From contig CAVXVA010000001.1 in NCBI GenBank assembly GCA_963765075.1, positions 549,448-613,447 on the forward strand: a stretch of DNA of 64,000 nucleotides, given 5' to 3'. The notes below the pieces were generated by a model. It was given only the letters and a program-made list of their open reading frames with translations, was not told where the DNA came from and searched no databases. Positions within the stretch are counted from its first letter, which is position 1. Each line of letters begins with the position of its first letter. Origin of the DNA: an uncultured Acidimicrobiia bacterium (lineage in GTDB: Bacteria; Actinomycetota; Acidimicrobiia; IMCC26256; JAENVU01). Made by a program: the position numbers and the translations under genes. This document shows positions 39,552 through 48,004 of this stretch, piece by piece.

Positions 39552-41027
39552 TGACCTCGGCGCGCCGCGCGTCGTGGGGCACGGTCCGAGTTCGAGTCAC
39601 GGCGGCGGCGACGTTGGTCGTGACCTTCGCCCTCATCGTCTCGTCGTGGTTCGTGGTGCGAGCCGTGCGCACCTCGCTGCGGGAAGACCTCCGGACCGAG
39701 AGCGCGCTCGCCCTCGCCGACGCGCTGAAACGGTTCGAGAACCGCGGGCCGTCGAACCCGTTGCCCGTGCCGAGCCCGTCCGGCTTCGTGATCGTCGCGG
39801 TCGAGCGTGACGGCACCATCCGCGACGGATCCCCCGGGCTCACCGCCCGCACGTGGGCGCAGTTCGTCGGCCGATCGTCCCAGGATCCGGCCATCGTGGG
39901 GCGCACCGGTCGGCCCTTCCCCCAGGCCATCGCGGGGGAACAGCACATCTGGTTCGTCGCCGGCCGGATCTTCAACTTCGTGCCGGTGGTGATCGATCGA
40001 CGACCGGGCTACCTCGTGGCCGCGGGCACCCAGGCCACGATCGACAGCTCGGTCAAGACGGTCACGAGTGCGCTGACCTGGACGGTGCCGGGGCTCATCC
40101 TGTTCATGGGTGTGGTCGCGTGGGCCGTCACCGGTCGCGCACTCCGACCAGTCGAGAAGATCCGCCGAGACGTGGCCGAGATCTCCGCGTCGAGCATCGG
40201 CCAGCGGGTCTATGAACCCCGCGCCCGGGACGAAGTCGGCCGGCTCGCCCGCACGATGAACCAAATGCTCGACCGCCTCCACGACTCGTCGACCCGCCAA
40301 CGCCAGTTCGTCTCCGATGCCTCGCACGAACTCCGCTCACCGGTCGCCGCCATTCGCGCCACCGGCGAGGTCGCGCTCAGCCACCCCGACACCGCCGAAT
40401 GGCCCGCCGTGGTCGAACGCATCCTCACCGAGGACGCCCGCATGGAGCGCATCGTCGGTGATCTCCTCGACCTCGCCCGGTCCGACGAAGTGGGAGTGCC
40501 CACCACCATCGTCGACCTCGACGACATCGTGTTCGACGAAGCCAGCCAGATCCGCCGGCCCGGCGTCGTGCTCAATACCGACCACGTCTCCGCGGGCCGA
40601 GTCCGCGGCAGCCGAGAACAACTCACTCGCATCGTCCGCAACCTGCTTGGACAACGCGACCCGCCACGCGCAGTCGAAGGTGCGAGTGACGTTGAGCTCC
40701 TCCGACGCGGTGTACCTCACCGTCGAGGACGACGGCCCCGGCATCCCAGCCGACCAGCGGGAAGCCGTCTTCGAGCGGTTCACCCGCCTCGACGAAGGCC
40801 GCGCCCGCGACGCCGGCGGCCTCGGCCTCGGCCTCGCGATGGTCCGGGCCAACGCAGAACACCACGGCGGCTCCGTCGCCATCCTCGACTCAACCGACCC
40901 CGAGTACCCCGGAGCTCGTTTGGTCGTCCGGCTCCCGTTACCGGACGAAGCGTCTGAGCTACCAGGGCATGGCGGTGCCGCCGTTGGGCCGGAGGATCTG
41001 ACCGGTCATGAACGACGCGCGCTCTGA
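39551..41027 (+). pseudogene. sensor histidine kinase (HAMP-HisKA-HATPase); frame broken near 40647
   Basis: The ATG overlaps the response-regulator stop (TGATG). TM, periplasmic segment, TM, then H-box FVSDASHELRSPVAAI. After the break come the N-box LLDNATRHA and ..LTVEDDGPGIP..FERFTR..GGLGLGLAMV... As written, the 3' end overlaps the convergent SDR gene by 69 nt. Confidence 0.85.
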
Positions 41028-41756
41028 GACGAGGAACAGGATTGAGTCGGCGACGTCCTGCGCCGAGCCCACTCGCTTGAGTGGCGCCATCGCACCGAAG
41101 CGTTGCCGGTACTTCTCGAGCCGCTCGGGGTCCACGTTGCCATCGGCGTCGACGAAGTTGTGGCGCGAGAAGTTGGTCTCGATCACACCGGGGGCCAAAG
41201 CGTTCACTCGGATCCCCAACGGACCGGCCTCACAGGCCAGGGTCTTGGTCAACATCGCGACGGCGGCCTTGGTCATGCCGTAACACGCGAGCGTCGGTGC
41301 CGGTGTGTCGATCGCGCCGGAGGACACGTTGATGATGTTGCCCGAACCCTGGTCGCCCATCACCCGCAGCGCGGCCTGGCATCCGTAGAACACACTCTTG
41401 AGGTTGATCGCGAGGATGCGCTCGAACTCGTCGTCCGAGCACTCGGCGATCATCCGGTTGTGCGGGACGCCGGCGATGTTGCCCACGATGTCGACCCGCC
41501 CGAACTCGGCCTTCGCACCATCGATCAGTGCGTCGACCTCGGACCGCTGGGTCACGTCGGTGCGCTGGGCACGTGCGGTTCCGCCCGCGGCGGCGATCTC
41601 GGCCACGGTGGCGTTGGCGGCGTCGAGGTCGATGTCGCCACCCACCACCGAGGCACCGGCCTGCGCCAGCGTGATCGCCGTCGCCTTGCCGATGCCACTC
41701 CCGGCGCCGGTCAACACTGCAACCTGTCCTGCAAGATCGAATCCGCTGACGGCCAT
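40959..41756 (-). CDS. SDR family oxidoreductase
   Basis: TGAGSGIGKA, NIAG and SSGA..Y..TKAA motifs. GGAGGG Shine-Dalgarno 6 nt before the second ATG (41756). The rest of the 531-aa track ORF is not protein-like. Confidence 0.85.
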   Translation of the reverse strand: MAVSGFDLAGQVAVLTGAGSGIGKATAITLAQAGASVVGGDIDLDAANATVAEIAAAGGTARAQRTDVTQRSEVDALIDGAKAEFGRVDIVGNIAGVPHNRMIAECSDDEFERILAINLKSVFYGCQAALRVMGDQGSGNIINVSSGAIDTPAPTLACYGMTKAAVAMLTKTLACEAGPLGIRVNALAPGVIETNFSRHNFVDADGNVDPERLEKYRQRFGAMAPLKRVGSAQDVADSILFLVSERASFMTGQILRPNGGTAMPW

Positions 41757-41838
41757 CGTCATCCCTCCGTTGAGTCGACGCCGGACACTACTCACCCGCT
41801 CGGGCCCGGTGGCCCAGCCGATATTGTGCGATTTCCCC

Positions 41839-42549
41839 ATGGCCGAGTTTTCCGTCGCGAGTTTCAACCTGCACTGGGGGGTCGACATGCGCGGGCATTC
41901 GTTCGACGTGGTCGGCGCGGCCCAGGCGATCGACGCCGACGTGCTGGTCCTCCCCGAGTCGTGGCGGCCAGGCACCGGGCCCGCGGTGATCGATGAGGTC
42001 GCCCGGGTCACCGGGGGGACCTTGCACGAGGTTCCGTTCATGTCGGATCGCAACCCGGCCAAGCCTCGCCATCTTCGCGTCGGGCCGGGGCCGGCGGGCA
42101 CGTGCGGACTCGCGATCGTCTCGCGACTCCCGGTGCGGTCGGCGACCAACGTGCCGGTCCCCAAGGCGCCGGGTGACGTGATCGAGCAACGCCAGGCGAT
42201 CATCCTCGAGGTCGACGTCGGCGACACCCCCGTCGCCATTGCGGGCATCCATGCGTCGCATCGGTTGTGGGGATCACTCCCCCAGCTCCGCGCCCTCGAT
42301 GGTGCACTCGCGGAGCGCCCGGCCCCATCGGTCATCGCGGGCGATTGCAACATGTGGGGACCGCCGATCGCCGCCACGCTGCGGAGCCGACGCCGCGCGG
42401 TGCGCGGGCGGACCTGGCCGGCCTGGCGACCGCACAGCCAGATCGACCACATCTGGGTCGACGACCGGTTCGACGTGGTCGACGCCGCGGTGGGCCCGAA
42501 CGTCGGGTCCGACCATCGGTGGGTCCGCGCCGCGCTGCGCGTGAGGTAG
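41839..42549 (+). CDS. endonuclease/exonuclease/phosphatase (EEP) family protein
   Basis: [14 protein letters not shown].., VLVLPE, GDCNMW and SDHRWV motifs. ATG at 41839. Confidence 0.8.
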   Translation: MAEFSVASFNLHWGVDMRGHSFDVVGAAQAIDADVLVLPESWRPGTGPAVIDEVARVTGGTLHEVPFMSDRNPAKPRHLRVGPGPAGTCGLAIVSRLPVRSATNVPVPKAPGDVIEQRQAIILEVDVGDTPVAIAGIHASHRLWGSLPQLRALDGALAERPAPSVIAGDCNMWGPPIAATLRSRRRAVRGRTWPAWRPHSQIDHIWVDDRFDVVDAAVGPNVGSDHRWVRAALRVR

Positions 42550-42577
42550 AACACCTCGATCGTTCGAGGAGGACAGC

Positions 42578-43664
42578 ATGGCGCACGAAGTTCGCGGGGT
42601 CGTGGCCCGCGGCAAGGGGCAACCGGTCACGATCGAAACCATCGTGGTGCCCGATCCCGGCCCGGGTGAAGCACTGATCGACGTGCAGGCCTGTGGGGTC
42701 TGTCACACCGACCTCCACTACCGGGAGGGCGCGATCAACGACGAGTTTCCGTTCCTGCTCGGGCACGAGGCCGCCGGTGTGGTGTCGGCGGTCGGCCCCG
42801 ATGTGAGCTCGGTCGGGCCGGGTGATTTCGTGGTCCTCAATTGGCGGGCCGTGTGCGGCGAGTGCCGGTCGTGTCGCCGGGGCAAGCCGTGGTACTGCTT
42901 CAACACCCACAACGCGACCCAGCCGATGACCCTGGCGGACGGTCAGCCGCTGACCCCAGCCCTCGGGATCGGGGCCTTCGCGGAGAAGACGCTCGTCGCC
43001 GCCGGCCAGGCCACCAAGGTCAACCCGGCGGCGAGCCCGGCCGCGGCCGGGCTCCTCGGCTGTGGCGTGATGGCCGGCCTCGGCGCCGCGATGCACACCG
43101 GTGAGGTCCAGCCCGGTGATTCGGTCGCAGTGTTCGGATGCGGCGGAGTGGGCAACGCGGCGATCGTCGGGGCGCGCCTGGCCGGGGCCGCCACCGTGAT
43201 CGCCATCGACCTCGATCCCAAGAAGCTCGAGTTGGCACACGCAGTTCGGCGCGACCCACACCGTCGACGCGAGCGCGGGCGATGTGGTGGAGGCGGTCCG
43301 TGCCCTCACCGACGGCAACGGCGCCGACGTGTGCATCGAGGCGGTCGGGCGGCCCGAGGTCATGCAGCAGGCCTTCTTCGCCCGGGACCTCGCGGGCACG
43401 TTGGTGCAGGTGGGGGTGCCCGACCCGTCGATGACCATCGAACTCCCGATGATCGAGTTCTTCGGCCGTGGCGGTGCGCTCAAGCCCAGTTGGTACGGCG
43501 ACTGTCTGCCGAGCCGCGACTTCCCGATGCTGATCGACCTCTACCTTCAGGGTCGCCTCCCGCTCGACGACTTCGTCACCGAGACCATCTCGCTCGACGC
43601 GGTCGAGGATGCGTTCCACAAGATGGAACGGGGCGAAGTGCTGCGTTCCGTGGTGGTCCTGTGA
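42578..43664 (+). pseudogene. class III zinc alcohol dehydrogenase (S-(hydroxymethyl)mycothiol/glutathione dehydrogenase type); frame broken near 43245
   Basis: [33 protein letters not shown] and [12 protein letters not shown] in frame 2. [35 protein letters not shown].... follows in frame 3. GAGGAGG Shine-Dalgarno before ATG 42578. Confidence 0.85.
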
Positions 43665-44257
43665 GCCGGCTCGATCACGTCGTCACCCACGGCACGTTCT
43701 CGATCGATGGCGAGGACTTCGAGGTCGACAACAACATCTGGATCATCGGCGACGACCACGAGTGCATCGTGATCGATGCCGCGCACGAGGCGGCGCCGAT
43801 CGTCGCGGGCGTCGACGGCCGCCGCGTGGTGATGGTCGTCTGTACCCACGGCCACAACGATCACATCAACGTTGCCGGGGTAGTCGCCGACGCGGTGGGC
43901 GCGCCGATCGCGATCCATCCGGACGACCGCATGCTCTGGGATGTCGTCCATCCCGGCCGCGCACCCGACCAGGCCATTGCCGATGGCGACACGTTCCGCG
44001 TCGGCGGCACCACCCTCCGGGCGCTGCACACGCCGGGACATTCACCCGGCGGGGTCAGCCTCTACGACGAAGCGGGCGGGCAGGTCTTCTCCGGCGACAC
44101 GTTGTTCAAGGGCGGACCCGGCGCCACCGGCCGTTCGTTCTCCGACTACGACACGATCATGGCGTCGATCCGGACGCGGTTGTTCACGCTGCCCGCCGAG
44201 ACCGTGGTCCACACCGGTCACGGTGACGACACGACGATCGGTCAGGAAGCCGAGTAA
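43661..44257 (+). CDS. MBL-fold metallo-hydrolase
   Basis: The GTG overlaps the ADH stop (GTGA). THGHNDH motif and ..TPGHSPGG... The ADH + MBL pair mirrors the mycobacterial mscR-downstream arrangement. Confidence 0.8.
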   Translation: MSRLDHVVTHGTFSIDGEDFEVDNNIWIIGDDHECIVIDAAHEAAPIVAGVDGRRVVMVVCTHGHNDHINVAGVVADAVGAPIAIHPDDRMLWDVVHPGRAPDQAIADGDTFRVGGTTLRALHTPGHSPGGVSLYDEAGGQVFSGDTLFKGGPGATGRSFSDYDTIMASIRTRLFTLPAETVVHTGHGDDTTIGQEAE

Positions 44258-45693
44258 CCGTCGTTGCGGACGCCGACGTACCCGCCGTTGTACGAGCCCA
44301 ATCCCCGCCAGCGGTCGAACGGCGCGTATCCGAGATTGCGAGGGGCGGGTGCCGCGCCGTAGCGGTGGATGCCCCCGAACCCGTCGAGCACGGCGTAGCC
44401 GTCTCCGCCCGGGGTAATGACGATGTCGCGGGCGATGTCGAACCCGAAGGCCGGTGAGCCCAGCTTGGCGGCCGTTCCGAACTTCCAGACGGTGCCGAAG
44501 CCGTCGAGCACGACCGCGCCCTTCCCGTCGAGTGTGACCGCCAGCGACCGGGCGATATCCCAGCCCGACCAGTAGGGGCCCACGCCGGGCACGCGTCTCG
44601 CGGTCCCCGCCACATGGATGCCACCGAACCCGTCGAGGAGGTAATAGCCCGCGCCATCGGGCGTGAGGACGATGCTGCGGGCGATGTCGAACCCGAAGTA
44701 CGGGCCCCGCACGTTGCGCAGCGGCCCGGTCGCGGCCGAGCCGAACAGATGGACGCCGCCCATCCCGTCGAGCACCACGTACCCGTTCCCGTCGGGCGTC
44801 GAGACGATGTCGCGGGCGATGTCCCAGGGGAATCTGGCCGAGCCGTGATTCACCGCGCTCCCGACCGACCGGACCGAACCATCACCGTTCAGCAGCCAGT
44901 AGCCACCAGTGGTCGGGGCGACCGCGCGACCGCCGTGGCGAATCGCGAGCGGACAGTCACGCGCTTCGCCGGCACCGAACGCGAGCCGGTCCGGCGGGCA
45001 GTCGCCGTTGAGTCCGTTGAAGACCAGCATCCGGTTGTACATCTTGAGCACTTCGGTGCCGTAGGTCGGGGCGCTCGCCCACTTGCCGGGACCACCCATC
45101 TGGTTCCAGGTGGGGGCGGTGCCCTTGGCGAAGAAGTGGTCGTAGTTGTAGATACCCAGGGCGGCGTCGAGCACACCGTTACGAAGGCCGTACCACTCGA
45201 GGACCGGCGGGTTCGACAGGGTCGCGGCGCGCGAGGTCGGATCCGCGAAGTTCTTCAGGTGTTGGATCTGAGCCCGAACACCGAGTCGCGCCGACGGGAA
45301 CTGGCGACCCGAGTTGCACGAGTCGCAGGCGCCCATGCCCGCGTAGTTGAAGTTCGACGGTTTGACGATGCTGCCCACGAACCCGAGGTACCCCGTCTCG
45401 AGAATCGACTGGGCGAAGGCGATGTCACCGCGGACGCCTTCGCGCAGCCCCTCTTCGAGGTAGTAGCTCGCGAACTCGTCGATCGAGACCGGTAGCGCCG
45501 GCGTCTTCCCGGTGGCCCGGTACCAGTTGGCCAGTTGTGTCGCATTCAGACGGATCGGACCCATCACGGGAACCCCGGCCGACACGGCGCCGGCCGGCGT
45601 GGCCGATTCGAGCACGGGTGAGATGCCGACGACCCCCGTGGTGACGACGGCGCTCACGATCAGGACACGGAGGAAGCTGGTGGCGGTACGCAT
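44242..45693 (-). CDS. secreted glucosaminidase-domain peptidoglycan hydrolase with a C-terminal 5-6 bladed repeat (beta-propeller-like) domain
   Basis: Signal peptide [17 protein letters not shown]... [21 protein letters not shown] glucosaminidase-like core. Then repeats of about 43 aa with the pattern (F/W)DIAR(D/S)IV.TPDG.GY.VLDG.GG.H. AAGGAA Shine-Dalgarno before ATG 45693. Confidence 0.75.
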   Translation of the reverse strand: MRTATSFLRVLIVSAVVTTGVVGISPVLESATPAGAVSAGVPVMGPIRLNATQLANWYRATGKTPALPVSIDEFASYYLEEGLREGVRGDIAFAQSILETGYLGFVGSIVKPSNFNYAGMGACDSCNSGRQFPSARLGVRAQIQHLKNFADPTSRAATLSNPPVLEWYGLRNGVLDAALGIYNYDHFFAKGTAPTWNQMGGPGKWASAPTYGTEVLKMYNRMLVFNGLNGDCPPDRLAFGAGEARDCPLAIRHGGRAVAPTTGGYWLLNGDGSVRSVGSAVNHGSARFPWDIARDIVSTPDGNGYVVLDGMGGVHLFGSAATGPLRNVRGPYFGFDIARSIVLTPDGAGYYLLDGFGGIHVAGTARRVPGVGPYWSGWDIARSLAVTLDGKGAVVLDGFGTVWKFGTAAKLGSPAFGFDIARDIVITPGGDGYAVLDGFGGIHRYGAAPAPRNLGYAPFDRWRGLGSYNGGYVGVRNDGYSAS

Positions 45694-45767
45694 TGCATTC
45701 CTTATCGGGGAGTCAGGCCCACCAGTTGAGCACGCATCGTGACCATCGCGTCGGATCCGACTCACCG

Positions 45768-46358
45768 TCAGTGGCCCGAGGCATCCTCGATACCGCTGGA
45801 AACATGGACGGACACCGCATACCGGCCACCATCGAACTCCGCGCCGGCCCAGGTGGCGTAGCGCTCGGACACCTCGAGGCCGGCCGCGCCGGCGCAGCGA
45901 TCGAACGCGTCGAGCGCCGCCGGGGATTCGACCTGAAAGCCGGAAATCAGTCGCCCACCCACCCCGAGATGGCGAGCGAGGTTGGCCAGCACCGCGGATT
46001 CGGTCCCCGGGGCGAGAAAGATCATGACGTTGCCGGCCGCGACCACGACATCGAACGAGCGAGCGAGGTCGACCGTCACGAGATCGGCGTGGTGCCACTC
46101 GATCGCGGGTGCGCGCTCACGCGCGTGGGCGACGAATCCGGCATCGAGATCTACACCGACGACATCGATCCCCCGTCGGTGCAGTTCGCGAGCGACCCGC
46201 CCGGTTCCACAACCCGCGTCGAGGACACTCGCCGGCGCGTACCGCATGACGAAGTCGGCCTCACCGTGGGGGTTCTCGCCCGATGTCACGAGATCGTTCC
46301 ACCGAGCGTCGTAGTCGGCCGCCGAAGGTCGGTCTTCGCCGGCCCAGCGCGTCGTCAC
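45768..46358 (-). CDS. class I SAM-dependent methyltransferase
   Basis: VLDAGCGTGRVA motif I and DVVVAAGNVM. GTG start 2 nt after the GT-C gene stop. Confidence 0.8.
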   Translation of the reverse strand: MTTRWAGEDRPSAADYDARWNDLVTSGENPHGEADFVMRYAPASVLDAGCGTGRVARELHRRGIDVVGVDLDAGFVAHARERAPAIEWHHADLVTVDLARSFDVVVAAGNVMIFLAPGTESAVLANLARHLGVGGRLISGFQVESPAALDAFDRCAGAAGLEVSERYATWAGAEFDGGRYAVSVHVSSGIEDASGH

Positions 46359-46360
46359 GA

Positions 46361-47914
46361 TCAGGCCGCGGAACGAGGCCGGGTCGGGCGCGCCGACGGT
46401 GGCGACGCGAGCCGGGTCGGCGGGTTGCGTTCGTAGACCACGATGCCGTCGATCTCGCGCACTCGTCGGTAGGAATGGTTCACGTAGGCGCTGAACTCCG
46501 GAAGCGACGACATCGGGTGGTACTGCGATCCGCGGATCGCCGCCGGCGTCGAGTCCAGGATGTAGCGCGGCGCGCGAATCCGCAGATCCTCCATCAACAT
46601 GATGCGCGCACCCGGCGTCGGGGCGTCGGCTTCTGCGTCACCGGGCGGGCGTCCGCCCCAGTCGCCGAGGTAGAACCCGCTCGACAGGAACCGCGTGGCC
46701 GGACGCGCGCCGGAGGCCCAGTAGATCTCCGGCAAATGGCCCCAGACGAAGACCCGGTCGGTCGGACGCAAGCGGTGTTCGAGGAACGTGCTCACCCGCT
46801 GATACTTCGGTTCGTCACCCCACGGCCGGAACAGGAAGCCGACTGCCGCGAACCCACAAGCAGTCACGAGCGATGCCGCAACGGTGCGGCGAGCCCACAC
46901 GGCGGGCCGCTTCGCCAGGGCGCCGGCACTGATCAGGCACAGAGGCGGGAGCAGTTGCAGGTAGTAGTGCCCGAAGAATCGAAACCCGACCGCGACCGAC
47001 AACGCGGCGGACAGCAACCAGATCCAAAGGTCGGTGTCGGTCCCCTGCGCGCGGTGGCGCCAGGCGGTCGGCACCGTCCAGAGGATCGGGAGATTGCAGG
47101 CGATGAACGCGAACGTCATCACGGCGAACAATCCCGCGACGTAGGCCGACACCGAACCCAGGCCGAAGTACGAGCCGTTGCCGGCCACCGCCCAGAACAC
47201 GAGATCCCCGGGGCCGACCAACAGCGCCGCGATCAGGAGCGGCAGGGCAAAGGCCAGCAGCCCGCGGCGAACGCCGCCGGGCGATCGACGCTTCCAGAGG
47301 AGGTAGCCGACGGGCAGCAGGGTGGCGGCGCCCGTCTGTTTCGCCAAGGTCGCAACCGCCACCGCGAACCCCGCGCCGCGGGGCCGGTCGCGCGCGGCCA
47401 AGACCACTGCGGCGGTCATCGCGGGCAGCATGAACACTTCGAAGTTGGCCGCTTGCCCGTCCTGGGGAGCAAACGCGACGGATGCCCCCACGAACAGCAG
47501 CGCCGCGATCCAACCGGCCGACTCACCCCACCGGCGGCGCGCCTCGGAGGCCAGCAACAGCGCGGTGAAGGCCACGGCCAACATCGCCACGACGCGGACG
47601 GACCAGAGCGCCGAACTGCCGACCACCGCGAACGTGGCCGCGTAGAGGTACGGCACCAACGGCGGCTTGCGATCGGTGGCCTCCTGGTAGAGCGAACCGC
47701 CGTCGCGGATGACCTGGGCCTGGGTCGCCAGGAACGTCTCATCGGAGTTGAACACGTCGACAAAGAAGGCGGGGAGCCGGAGCGCGAACGTCAGGAGCAG
47801 CACGGTCACGACCAACGGCCACCGGCGCCGGGGCGAGAGCGCGTCGGGCCGGAGATCCGGTGCAGCAGTTGTGAGGTCGGAGGTCACCGTCGCCCTTCGC
47901 GGCCGGTCGATCAC
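46361..47914 (-). CDS. GT-C fold glycosyltransferase (ArnT / PMT_2, GT39/GT83-like)
   Basis: 517 aa, polytopic. An early loop SDETFLATQAQVIRDGGSLYQEATDRKPPLVPYLY resembles the ArnT/PMT first periplasmic loop. Soluble C-terminal 130 aa. Confidence 0.75.
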   Translation of the reverse strand: MIDRPRRATVTSDLTTAAPDLRPDALSPRRRWPLVVTVLLLTFALRLPAFFVDVFNSDETFLATQAQVIRDGGSLYQEATDRKPPLVPYLYAATFAVVGSSALWSVRVVAMLAVAFTALLLASEARRRWGESAGWIAALLFVGASVAFAPQDGQAANFEVFMLPAMTAAVVLAARDRPRGAGFAVAVATLAKQTGAATLLPVGYLLWKRRSPGGVRRGLLAFALPLLIAALLVGPGDLVFWAVAGNGSYFGLGSVSAYVAGLFAVMTFAFIACNLPILWTVPTAWRHRAQGTDTDLWIWLLSAALSVAVGFRFFGHYYLQLLPPLCLISAGALAKRPAVWARRTVAASLVTACGFAAVGFLFRPWGDEPKYQRVSTFLEHRLRPTDRVFVWGHLPEIYWASGARPATRFLSSGFYLGDWGGRPPGDAEADAPTPGARIMLMEDLRIRAPRYILDSTPAAIRGSQYHPMSSLPEFSAYVNHSYRRVREIDGIVVYERNPPTRLASPPSARPTRPRSAA

Positions 47915-48004
47915 GATCGGAGGAGAACTCTAGGCCGACCGTCCTCACCGGTCGCGGCGCAGCGCCGCATCGGTGGGTCGGTCGGATGGCATGATCGAGC
48001 CTTC

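Noticed and set aside
46283-48004. N-terminal 570 codons of the 1330-aa ORF 46283..50275.
   Set aside because: This part is Arg/Gly/Pro/His-rich low-complexity translation, antisense to the well-supported GT-C gene. The real gene starts at ATG 48005 with a signal-like peptide.
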